Part shown: piece after piece, positions 9,458-18,322 of the stretch | Layout: each line of letters opens with the position of its first letter | Position numbering within the stretch: position 1 is the first letter of the stretch | Assembly: GCA_913052475.1 (NCBI GenBank) | Contig: CAJXEJ010000007.1 | Coordinates: 911 to 64,910, forward strand | Length of the DNA stretch: 64,000 nucleotides | Origin: an uncultured Dehalococcoidia bacterium | GTDB lineage: Bacteria > Chloroflexota > Dehalococcoidia > Lucifugimonadales > Lucifugimonadaceae | Direction of reading: 5' to 3' | The notes under the pieces: generated by a model | What the model saw: the letters and a program-made list of their open reading frames with translations, nothing else | Database searches by the model: none | What the model was told of the DNA's origin: nothing | Program-made: the position numbers and the translations under genes

Positions 9458-9556
9458 GCTCTGGAAAGGCTTATTGGGAAGGCTCAGCGGTTTCACCCCG
9501 CACATCGGACTTCCCGAGTGCCGTCGAGGGATCCGGTGGTATGGTGTGAGTTCGTT

Positions 9557-9631
9557 GTGATCGCCGGCAGCTCCTCCCTACGCCTTCATTCCCCCTCACC
9601 TACATCCTCTCCCTGAATGGAGAGGATGTAG
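9557..9631. repeat. C/T-rich intergenic repeat ending in a perfect 13-bp hairpin (CTACATCCTCTCC-ctgaat-GGAGAGGATGTAG)
   Basis: Shares GTGATCGCCG..CCTCA..CCTCACC and the TCCTCTCC/GGAGAGGA hairpin core with 55302..55400. Confidence 0.5.
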
Positions 9632-9656
9632 TTCGCCTAAGATCGATCGGCGGGGG

Positions 9657-10478
9657 TTGGTGTATCGAATGAAGTCGGTTTTAGGCGCATTACGACGGGG
9701 CACGTATAAGCTGATCTGGCTGCGATTTGTCCTGGTAATCCACGACTTGCCTTCTGAAATTGCCGTAAACGGCCCAAATTTGATTCATCGTTCTGCGTTG
9801 CTGGAGCGGCTGACCGACTTTGAAATTGAGCCGGGCGCTGGGTTTGTTGTCGAGATGCTTCCTGCTGGCTATTCGCTGGGTGAAGAATGGGAATCACTCC
9901 CTCGGTCAGCGCAAGATTCCGAAAACGGCATCGTATTAATCAGCGCGGTCGTTCCACCGGTCGACCAGCAACCACGGCTGGCGCTACTTCCGCCGTTCCC
10001 GATCACAAAATCGTTCGAATCCAGTTCGTTTGACGATTTGAGATCGTTCATATCCACGGACCACACGATTGGAATAATCCTCCTCAGGCTTGGGCGCTGG
10101 GCGGTAGCGATCGCCGAAGATGGTGAACTGGTGGTGACCAAAACCGGGAGTCGCTACGTCAAAGGACAACACCGAAAGGGTGGGCAATCGTCGAACCGGT
10201 TCAGACGAGGTCGAGAAAAATGGATTCGAGAACTGTTCGATCAGGCAGGCGAAGCCGCCAGAGCTCGATTTCGTGATTATCCTGGTGAATTAGAGTTTCT
10301 CTCGCTAGGTGGTGACCGAGTCGTACTGGGTCAGTTTCTGAAACGCGTCAAACTACCCGACGGTTTGGGAGATCGTGTGTTGCCGAATCGGGTGGCGGTC
10401 GATCAACCGGGTCGAAGCGCACTCGACCATGCGGTGCGGGAAGCATGGTCGTACCGGTCGCTCGAGTTCACCGATTAG
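9657..10478 (+). CDS. Vms1/ANKZF1-like (VLRF1, eRF1-fold) putative peptidyl-tRNA hydrolase
   Basis: GIILLRLGRWAVAIAEDGELVVTKTGSRYVKGQHRKGGQSSNRFRRGREK matches the VLRF1 core as I remember it (GGQS loop followed by RF.R.RE). The start is uncertain: TTG 9657, GTG 9660 or ATG 9669. Confidence 0.65.
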   Translation: MVYRMKSVLGALRRGTYKLIWLRFVLVIHDLPSEIAVNGPNLIHRSALLERLTDFEIEPGAGFVVEMLPAGYSLGEEWESLPRSAQDSENGIVLISAVVPPVDQQPRLALLPPFPITKSFESSSFDDLRSFISTDHTIGIILLRLGRWAVAIAEDGELVVTKTGSRYVKGQHRKGGQSSNRFRRGREKWIRELFDQAGEAARARFRDYPGELEFLSLGGDRVVLGQFLKRVKLPDGLGDRVLPNRVAVDQPGRSALDHAVREAWSYRSLEFTD

Positions 10479-11223
10479 AATCCGAAATAGGCATAAAGAA
10501 TGCGATGATGCTCGATTCGTTGGCAATTTCTGAATTTGCGAGCGTGAAGTGACCTTGGGAAGTTCCCTGCAGGCCTGTAGATCGAATCCATGTGATCAGG
10601 CCGATTCATAAAAAGACTGCTCAATTCTAATGAAGATGCAACTGAGACTTCTCCAGTTGATATTGCGGTAGAGGAGCACGCCGAAGAACCTGAGGAATCG
10701 AATCCACCCAAAACGGTCGATACCGATGTGGGTCAGGTTTCCGACGCCAGCCAGTTGTTCGCAACTGAAGACGAGTTGAAGGAAGCGGGTATCAACCCCG
10801 CGGAGCGGTTTGGCGTGCTGGCAGATACGAGCGATTCGGATGAATCGGTGGAACCAGGTGGGCGTTTGATTTTGTACAGGGGGCGCTACGCGGTAATTGG
10901 CAAGGCGTGACGGGAGTTGCACGACGGTCTCGGAGTGGCTTGGGGCGAGTGACTGCCTTCGGAAGGTTGGATTCGGCTTCAATTGGCTTCGAATTAGTTC
11001 CTTAACGAATAATTCTGAACCCTAATCCACTCATACAAACATATATACAGTGGGGAACTATACGCACACGTGTGTGAGGCGTAGCATCGCGTTGCCCCAC
11101 TAACAACGGATAAGCAAGAGGGGTATGAGGCGTCCGAGCGAGCTTCGAAAGAGCCAGCGATTCGGTGAACGTCCAGGGGTCGAACTCCACTATCGATACC
11201 GACAAGATTGGATACAACCAGCG

Positions 11224-12159
11224 ATGACTACTGCAGCTACTGGCGAACGAGTCGCCTATTTCAACGGCGAGATAATGCCCGAATCCGAAGTCAAGGTGCC
11301 ATTCAGGGACCGTGGCTTCAAGTACGGCGATGCCGTGTTCGACATGACTCGAACGTTTGGCCACAAGATTTTCAAGATCGAAACTCACATCAGCCGTTTC
11401 TACAACTCACTACGTTATGTCGACATCGACCCCGGCATGAGTGAGGAAGAGATGGTTGCCCGGTCTGGTGAGGTGCTTGAGGCCAACCTCGACCTGCTGG
11501 GACCAGACGAAGATTACTGGGTCGGCCAGCGAGTTTCGCGTGGTGTCGATCTTGTAGGCGGCGATATGTGGGAGACGGCAGGTGGTCCAAACGTGATCAT
11601 AGAATGCGCACCGCTGCCGCTCAAGCCACGTGCCCGGCTGTACAAAGATGGCATGGACGTTCTTGTGCCTTCAGTTCGTCGAGTTCCGCCCGAATCACTT
11701 AGCCCTCGTGCCAAGTCGCACAATTATCTCAATTTGATCATGGCCGATATGGAAGCCAAGTCTCAGGATCCTGAGGCGTGGGCGATCCTGCTCGATACTC
11801 GAGGATTCCTCACGGAAGGCATCGGATCGAACATTTTCACGATCAAAGATGGTGTGATCTACACCCCGCAGGAGCAATACGTTCTCGGCGGAATCTCACG
11901 TGAAACTGCAATCGAGATGGCAGAGCGAATCGACGTTCCGGTTGTGACGAAGGATCTCGATCTTTTCGATGCAATGACTGCTGACGAAATCTTCCTGACA
12001 TCGACTTCGCTCTGCATCTGTGGAGTTCGATCGTTCCAGGGTCGCCAAATCGGTGATGGCGTAGCTGCTGGACCGATCACAAAAGCCTTGATGGACGCTT
12101 ACGTTGATTTCGTCGATTTCGACTGGATCGGCCAGTACCTGAAACGGCTCGAAGACTAA
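11224..12159 (+). CDS. Class IV (branched-chain / D-amino-acid) aminotransferase
   Basis: YFNGEIMPESEVKVPFRDRGFKYGDAVFD is the classic fold-type IV N-terminus. ATG 11224 is preferred to the longer ORF start at 11125. Confidence 0.85.
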   Translation: MTTAATGERVAYFNGEIMPESEVKVPFRDRGFKYGDAVFDMTRTFGHKIFKIETHISRFYNSLRYVDIDPGMSEEEMVARSGEVLEANLDLLGPDEDYWVGQRVSRGVDLVGGDMWETAGGPNVIIECAPLPLKPRARLYKDGMDVLVPSVRRVPPESLSPRAKSHNYLNLIMADMEAKSQDPEAWAILLDTRGFLTEGIGSNIFTIKDGVIYTPQEQYVLGGISRETAIEMAERIDVPVVTKDLDLFDAMTADEIFLTSTSLCICGVRSFQGRQIGDGVAAGPITKALMDAYVDFVDFDWIGQYLKRLED

Positions 12160-12177
12160 CCAGGAACAAAGGCCAAC

Positions 12178-13332
12178 GTGAGTACTACTAAAAAGCTGTA
12201 CCTCCCACCAAAGGGCGAGTGGGAGCGTCGAGATGCTTCGTCACTCGGCGTCGATCAGTCGATTCTCGGTTCCGCAGTTCAGTTTGCTAAGGACAATGAG
12301 ATCAACTGGCCGATCGATATCGAGAACGGTCGTGTTGGGGACGACGCGCCCGAGTGGGCTGCAAAACTCGGCCCTTTCAAAGACCGAGGCGGGCCTGCGG
12401 GCGTTGTGATCAAAGACGGCTACATCGTTGCCGAGTGGGGAGATATTCATCGTGTCGATCTCACGTTCAGTGCAACGAAAAGCTACGTTGCCACTATTGC
12501 GGGACTCGCGCATGACCGAGGGATGATCAAAAGCACATCTGATCCGGTTCTCGACTACGAATCTAGCAAGTCAATAATCCAGCGAAATACTGGTGAGCCA
12601 GTTGATGGTTTCGATACTGATCAAAACCGTGGTGTGACGTGGGAGCATTTGCTCCAGCAGACCTCCGAGTGGGAGGGAACGCTCTACACCAAGCCCGATA
12701 TCGTCGATTGGAACCGGAATCTCGGTCCAGAAAGCATGGGCGATCCCGGAAGAGCGGCTCGGCGTGATCGCAAAGCTCCCGGTGGTCACTGGGAGTACAA
12801 TGATGTTCGAGTTAATCGAACTGCACTTGCGCTTCTGGCGGTCTGGGGAGAACCGCTTCCCGATGTGCTAACCCGTGAGGTGATGGATCCGATCGGTTCG
12901 TCGGGCACGTGGGAATGGCATGGGTACGACGATCATTCTGCAGTGAATCTAGATGGAGTGGTCACCGAATCGGTGTCTGGTGGTGCTCACTGGGGCGGTG
13001 GACTCTGGATCGACACTCTCGATCACGCTCGTTTTGGGATGCTCTATCTCAACCGTGGTCGCTGGGGTGATCATCAGATTGTTTCTGAAAAGTGGATCGA
13101 CATGATGACGGTCCCGTGCGAACTGAATCCTCAGTATGGCTACATGTGGTGGCTCAATACCGGAGGCCTTCGATACGGGGCGAACGCATCGGAAGCTACA
13201 TTCTCGGCTTCTGGGGCCGGTGGAAATTGCGTCGTGATTGATCCTGAGAAGGACCTCATCGTGGTTACCCGGTGGTGTGAGGACGTGCCTGGTGTGGTTG
13301 ACCTTGCGGCTCAAGCGATGGTTTCCATCTAG
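12178..13332 (+). CDS. Serine hydrolase of the beta-lactamase / PBP (class C-like) family
   Basis: SxxK motif in TFSATKSY. 384 aa, with no obvious signal peptide. Confidence 0.8.
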   Translation: MSTTKKLYLPPKGEWERRDASSLGVDQSILGSAVQFAKDNEINWPIDIENGRVGDDAPEWAAKLGPFKDRGGPAGVVIKDGYIVAEWGDIHRVDLTFSATKSYVATIAGLAHDRGMIKSTSDPVLDYESSKSIIQRNTGEPVDGFDTDQNRGVTWEHLLQQTSEWEGTLYTKPDIVDWNRNLGPESMGDPGRAARRDRKAPGGHWEYNDVRVNRTALALLAVWGEPLPDVLTREVMDPIGSSGTWEWHGYDDHSAVNLDGVVTESVSGGAHWGGGLWIDTLDHARFGMLYLNRGRWGDHQIVSEKWIDMMTVPCELNPQYGYMWWLNTGGLRYGANASEATFSASGAGGNCVVIDPEKDLIVVTRWCEDVPGVVDLAAQAMVSI

Positions 13333-13338
13333 TCGTTC

Positions 13339-14319
13339 ATGGCAACATCTTCTTCGGAAAGCTCAACGAAAATCGCTGACTCCTCTGTGACAAACGGACG
13401 GCGACCTCTTTCGCTCAGAGCCGGTGCGCTGGCTTTGCTGCTGTCGACGATGTGGGCCGGTAATCCCGTTGCCAACAAGGCAGGACTGGAAGATGCAGGT
13501 CCGCTGCGACTCGGGTATCTGCGGTTCATTCTTGGTGCGATCGTTGTACTGATCTACGCGATCGCAACCCGACAATCGTTCCGAGTGCTTCGACATGAAT
13601 GGGTGCCGCTTGGGCTACTCGGCTTGCTTTTCACCGTCCAACTGGCGTTTATGAATATCGGTCAGGATTTCACGACCGCTGGGCACGCTGTGGTTGTGAC
13701 AACTACGTTCCCGCTTTGGGCGGCCGTTTTCGCACATTTCGTTGTTCCGGGCGATCGAATGTCACGTTCGCGGACATTTGGAACCATGATCGCTTATGGA
13801 GGTGTTGTCGCTGTTTTCTACAAGGGATTCGCTGATTCCAGCTCGGATTTCCTGATTGGCGACTTATTACTTCTGGGATCGGCGATTCTATTAGGTGGCA
13901 GGCAAGTGTTGCTGTCGCAGCTTGGCCAGGGGATCGAGCAGCACAAGCTACTGATGGCGCAGAGTATTTTCGGCATCGTCACGTTCATTATCGCTAGCCT
14001 GATTTTCGAAGGTGACGAGGCGTTCGTGGTTACGACAAAGCTCGTAATCGCGCTGTTCTACACTGGCGTTCTGATTGCCGGATTAGGCTTCATCGGCCAG
14101 ACGTGGCTGCTCAAACGTTACTTGCCAAGTCGTGTAACGGTCATCTCGCTGAGTCAACCAATTTTCGGTGTGCTGCTCAGTTGGTGGATACTCGGCGAAC
14201 CGATCGGAGGCGAACTCTACGTCGGTGCCGTGCTTGTCGTTGCCGGATCGGCACTCGCTCAAAGGCGAAGCGATCCGAAAACGACGTCGCCAGAACCTGC
14301 TGGTGACGCTTCTAGATAA
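13339..14319 (+). CDS. DMT-superfamily (EamA-like) transporter
   Basis: About ten hydrophobic spans in two halves. 326 aa, with a Pro/Ser-rich tail. Confidence 0.8.
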   Translation: MATSSSESSTKIADSSVTNGRRPLSLRAGALALLLSTMWAGNPVANKAGLEDAGPLRLGYLRFILGAIVVLIYAIATRQSFRVLRHEWVPLGLLGLLFTVQLAFMNIGQDFTTAGHAVVVTTTFPLWAAVFAHFVVPGDRMSRSRTFGTMIAYGGVVAVFYKGFADSSSDFLIGDLLLLGSAILLGGRQVLLSQLGQGIEQHKLLMAQSIFGIVTFIIASLIFEGDEAFVVTTKLVIALFYTGVLIAGLGFIGQTWLLKRYLPSRVTVISLSQPIFGVLLSWWILGEPIGGELYVGAVLVVAGSALAQRRSDPKTTSPEPAGDASR

Positions 14320-14708
14320 GCGAGTGAACTACTTCGACATCGAGGTGGCGCTTCGGGTAGAACGCGGCAGCCTGCCTCTGCTGCAAGAGTTGCGTACTCG
14401 TCATCCTGTTTCATCGAGGTTAGAACGACCGCTGCCTGTGAGTCGGCACGAGGATCGTGCCAAAGGCCTCGAAGCCGTTCATTTGTGGCATCTGCACGTC
14501 CATCACGACGATGTCTGGGTTCATCTTGCCATCATCTCGATTGCATGCATGCCGTCGATTGCTTCGCCAACGACTTCACAGGCACCATCTCGCTCAGTAC
14601 CGAGCGGACGGCATTTCGGATTGCGGGCTGATCATTTATAAGAAGAACATAGAATGATTCGAATTCAGCTTGCGTAGTTTCGTTGAAAAAATCGACTATC
14701 TCACCCAT
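14312..14708 (-). pseudogene. CheY-like receiver domain broken by four frame disruptions
   Basis: Five consecutive minus-strand segments read MGEIVDFFNETTQAEFESFYVLLINDQPAIRNAVRSVLSEM / CEVVGEAIDGMHAIEMM / GKMNPDIVVMDVQMPQMNGFEAFGTILVP / DSQAAVVLTSMKQDDEYATLAAEA / AAAFYPKRHLDVEVVHSLI*. All receiver landmarks are present (ND pair, MDVQMP acceptor Asp, LTS, YPK Lys). They lie in four different reading-frame registers, with shifts near 14583, 14531, 14445 and 14372. Confidence 0.6.
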
Positions 14709-14938
14709 TGTTGTGTCGCCTACCAGTTGGTCTGATTGCCGGGCCAGAGGTGAATCGGGAGCCGGTGTAGCTGATGTAGCAAATCTATACTCAATTGTCC
14801 TGAACCGAGCAGCAGGTCTGCGCCTGATCGTCTTGGTGGTAGCGCACATCTGCTGTTTCGTGTTTCTCGGAGTGGTTAGGGGAAGCTGCGCAGGAGCCGT
14901 TTTCCTGGCAACGACATAGGTAGAATTCTTGCCGCACC

Positions 14939-15676
14939 ATGCCAGAGCAAGTATCAAAACCTGAACTGCCGTACCGTTCTGACGAGTCAGAAGAGTCGAT
15001 CATTCCAACTGCTGAAACGTCGGGGATCACGCGCCTTAGCAAGATTGAGAGCGAAACCGAAGGCGCCCATCTTCGTCGCGTTGCCGATGAATTGAGCGGC
15101 TCGGGTGAGGAACGAATTTCGCAGCTTCACGCAACGCTTGCGCATCGAGATCCGGGTGAACGAGTAACTGCGGCTCGCGAGTTGGGCAAGATCGGATCAA
15201 TTCGGGCGATACAACTCCTGCGGGATTTGCTGGTGTCGAGTCATGAAGATTCCTGGCGGTTGGCGATTCACGGATTACGCACGGGCGGGTCACGTGAGGG
15301 CTGGTTGTGTCTTGAAGGTGTGGCTCACGACGATGCTGTGCAACTGGCTTACGCCAATGAGCGGGCATCAAACATATCGTTCAAGCGATTGATGGCAATG
15401 GGTCGAACTAAAATGATGGATCGGCTATTTCGCGCTGCCGACGGCCATTCACGATCGATACCGGGAGAAGTTGCCCGGCAATTTTCTATCGATGCCGTTG
15501 CTACGTTGCCCACCGATCATCAAGACGTGATGGAGCATCGATTGGGCCTACTGAGCGGCGGCGCAGCAACACCGTCCGACACTGCCAAGGCGCTTGGCGT
15601 TAGCTTGGACCGAGTTCGGTCGATCGAGCTTGAGAGTTGGCAGTTGATTCACTCGCCAATCGAAATTGACCGGTAG
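14939..15676 (+). CDS. HEAT-repeat protein with a C-terminal sigma-70 region-4-like HTH
   Basis: HEAT/PBS-lyase-like repeat DPGERVTAARELGKIGSIRAIQLLRDLL. The C-terminus LPTDHQDVMEHRLGLLSGGAATPSDTAKALGVSLDRVRSIELESWQLI resembles sigma-70 region 4.2. No region 2 was seen. Confidence 0.6.
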   Translation: MPEQVSKPELPYRSDESEESIIPTAETSGITRLSKIESETEGAHLRRVADELSGSGEERISQLHATLAHRDPGERVTAARELGKIGSIRAIQLLRDLLVSSHEDSWRLAIHGLRTGGSREGWLCLEGVAHDDAVQLAYANERASNISFKRLMAMGRTKMMDRLFRAADGHSRSIPGEVARQFSIDAVATLPTDHQDVMEHRLGLLSGGAATPSDTAKALGVSLDRVRSIELESWQLIHSPIEIDR

Positions 15677-15690
15677 CAACTTAGCCGCAA

Positions 15691-17001
15691 GTGCAGGCAT
15701 ATACTGCTGCGGAATTGGTAAACGAACAGGCAACCGAAGAACCATCCTCCCCCTCCTCTGGTGACCGTGGAGTTATCTCACGGTTGATGCCCGACACCCT
15801 CGCCGCCGCTTTTCGCTCGCTCAGCAATCGAAATTTTCGCTATCTGTGGTTCGGACAACTGCTATCTGCAACTGCAATGCACGCCGATATGGTCGCCCGT
15901 AGTTGGCTGGTGTGGGATCTCACCGGATCGTCGACCTCGGTCGCGTCGGTACTCGTTGCTCGTGCAATTCCAATGCTGATACTCGGCTTGATCGGTGGTG
16001 TGGCTGCTGATCGATTCAACCGTCGCAGGCTGCTGATGATTATTCAGGCATGGACGATGTTGATGCATGTGATCATGGCTGCGCTGCTGTTAGCTGGGGT
16101 TATCGAACTCTGGCACGTCTATGTGCTTGCGTTCGCACTGGGTGCGGGTATGGCGATGAACCAACCCGTTCGAACTTCGATCATTCCGAATCTTGTTGAT
16201 AAGAAAGATATGATCAATGCGATGTCGCTGAACTCTATCGCCATCAACAGCACCCGCCTTGGTGGACCGGCACTGATCGCGATATTGATCGCCGCCACCG
16301 ATGTCGGGTGGGCGTACGTGTGGTCGGCTGGTGCTTTTGCGGTTGTGCTGTTCACTACATCGAAAATAGCCATTCCCGATATTTCCTCAGGAAGATCTCG
16401 TGGTAATCCTCTTAATCAGCTCGTGGAGGGGTTCGTATACATCGGTAGGCATCGAGTGATTCTTGCGCTCGTGCTGCTCGGGTTGGGCCCGCTTGCGATT
16501 GGTTTCTCTCATCAGGTGCTGCTTCCTCAGTTAGTGGAGGAGGAATACGGCTACGGGATTGGTCTGCTGGGTGTGCTGACTTCGGTGGGGGCGGTCGGGG
16601 GACTGACTGGCGGTATCTACATCGCTTCGAGGCGAAACGTTTCGTTTAAGGGTCGTTTGATGTTGTTTTCAGCTACTTCATACGGCCTGGCCCTTCTCGG
16701 TTTCGCAGGAGCTTCGTACTTGTGGATGGCGTTCCCTTTGATTATCTGGATCGGTGTATCGCAAACGTTGTTCCGCGCTGGCAACAGTGCGACCCTGATG
16801 GAACTGGCCCCCGATCGTCTACGAGGTCGTATTATCTCGGCGACTCTACTCGATACGGCGCTATCTCCGGCAGCCGGAGTCGCAGCGGGATTTGCGGCCG
16901 ACACGTATGGCGTCAGCGCTGGATACATGCTGCTTTCGGCAGGTTGTCTGGGAGTTGTGGCGCTGACCATGATTATCTATCCACGAGTAAAAAACCTCTA
17001 G
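15691..17001 (+). CDS. MFS transporter (EntS/MFS_3-like)
   Basis: FRSLSNRNFRYLWFGQLLS N-terminus and about 12 hydrophobic spans. An alternative start is ATG 15787. Confidence 0.85.
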   Translation: MQAYTAAELVNEQATEEPSSPSSGDRGVISRLMPDTLAAAFRSLSNRNFRYLWFGQLLSATAMHADMVARSWLVWDLTGSSTSVASVLVARAIPMLILGLIGGVAADRFNRRRLLMIIQAWTMLMHVIMAALLLAGVIELWHVYVLAFALGAGMAMNQPVRTSIIPNLVDKKDMINAMSLNSIAINSTRLGGPALIAILIAATDVGWAYVWSAGAFAVVLFTTSKIAIPDISSGRSRGNPLNQLVEGFVYIGRHRVILALVLLGLGPLAIGFSHQVLLPQLVEEEYGYGIGLLGVLTSVGAVGGLTGGIYIASRRNVSFKGRLMLFSATSYGLALLGFAGASYLWMAFPLIIWIGVSQTLFRAGNSATLMELAPDRLRGRIISATLLDTALSPAAGVAAGFAADTYGVSAGYMLLSAGCLGVVALTMIIYPRVKNL

Positions 17002-17143
17002 CAGTATCGACCGACCGCAGTCAGGTATAAACTGCCGTGATTCGGATTTCACGCGGGCTGGCGATGGATGTGCTGTTTGGGATAAATCAATGTTCGAGCA
17101 GTAACCAGACTCCGAATAGAGCAGAACCTCACCCAGAAAAACA

Positions 17144-18280
17144 ATGAAAATCACCGATATCAAGACGTTTGTCATGAAAGGCGGAAACCGCAACTGGGTT
17201 TTTTGCAAGGTCGAAACCGATGAAGGTATTCACGGTTGGGGCGAGGGCACGCTCGAAGGACACGAGCGTGCGGTTGAACAAGGAATCAAGACGCTTGCAA
17301 CACGCCTGATAGATCGTGATCCAACGCAGATCGAGCTCAACTGGCAGATCATGTATCGCCACGGCTTCTGGCGTGGTGGTCCGGTGATGGGTTCCGCCAT
17401 GGCAGGGATAGATATTGCTCTCTGGGACCTCACCGGAAAAGCATACGATCTGCCGGTATACAAATTACTCGGTGGTGCGGTTCGTGAGCGTGTTCGCGCA
17501 TATACTCATGCTGGCGATTTGCGAGGCGGTTGGGACGCCGTAGATCAGGGATTTTCTGCGTTCAAGACCGGCGGTTGGGCTGCAGGCTACAACGAGTTCT
17601 ACGAAGCGGATGTCGTTGATGCCTTGCACGAGAAGATCAAGGGCATGCGCAAAGAACTCGGCGACGATGTTGAGATCATGATCGACAATCACGGTCGTTC
17701 ACGACCGTCACTGGCCAACAGACAAATTGCTGCGATTGACGAGTTCAATATCACGTTCTTCGAAGAACCGGTACCGCCTGACAATCTTGATGCGATGGAG
17801 CAGATTCGCGCAGCCGGTCACAAGACTGATATCGCCACTGGCGAACGACTGTTTTTCCGATACGGATTCCGAGATATCTTGCACCGCCGTCTCGCCGACG
17901 TTATTCAGCCAGATATCGCTCACACGGGCGGTATTACTGAGATCAAAAAGATCGCCCAGATGGCAGAGATCGAGTACATCAAATTCGCACCTCATAACCC
18001 GAATGGCCCACTCTCAACTGCAGCGTCGATGCACGTGTGCGCAACTGTTCCTAACTTCCAGATTTTGGAGACGGCACGAGACATGCCGTGGCACGACAAA
18101 GTTCAGACAACCCCGCTTGTGTTGAAAGACGGCTACTTCGAACTGCCAACAGCACCGGGACTCGGGACCGACATAGACGAATCAGTGTTTGCTGAACGAC
18201 CGTACATTCCGCCCGAACCAGTTGAATCAGGCGTATCCGGTTCATGGAATGCTGAGGATGGATCGCCAGCGGACGTGTAG
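17144..18280 (+). CDS. Enolase-superfamily D-galactonate dehydratase-like enzyme
   Basis: MKITDIKTFVMKGGNRNWVFCKVETDEGIHGWGEGTLEG closely parallels the DgoD-type N-terminus. Confidence 0.85.
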   Translation: MKITDIKTFVMKGGNRNWVFCKVETDEGIHGWGEGTLEGHERAVEQGIKTLATRLIDRDPTQIELNWQIMYRHGFWRGGPVMGSAMAGIDIALWDLTGKAYDLPVYKLLGGAVRERVRAYTHAGDLRGGWDAVDQGFSAFKTGGWAAGYNEFYEADVVDALHEKIKGMRKELGDDVEIMIDNHGRSRPSLANRQIAAIDEFNITFFEEPVPPDNLDAMEQIRAAGHKTDIATGERLFFRYGFRDILHRRLADVIQPDIAHTGGITEIKKIAQMAEIEYIKFAPHNPNGPLSTAASMHVCATVPNFQILETARDMPWHDKVQTTPLVLKDGYFELPTAPGLGTDIDESVFAERPYIPPEPVESGVSGSWNAEDGSPADV

Positions 18281-18322
18281 TTCGAACCCTCAATTCAGTT
18301 GGGCTACAACTACGATTTACTT

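Noticed and set aside
10596-10982. 128-aa minus-strand ORF (and 10475..10711) after the VLRF1-like gene
   Set aside because: The sequences are unprotein-like (Arg/Phe/Leu-rich) and overlap the more plausible acidic + strand frame.
14168-14641. 157-aa + strand ORF overlapping the end of the DMT transporter gene
   Set aside because: It is antisense to the receiver-domain remnants. His/Arg/Ser-rich and unprotein-like.
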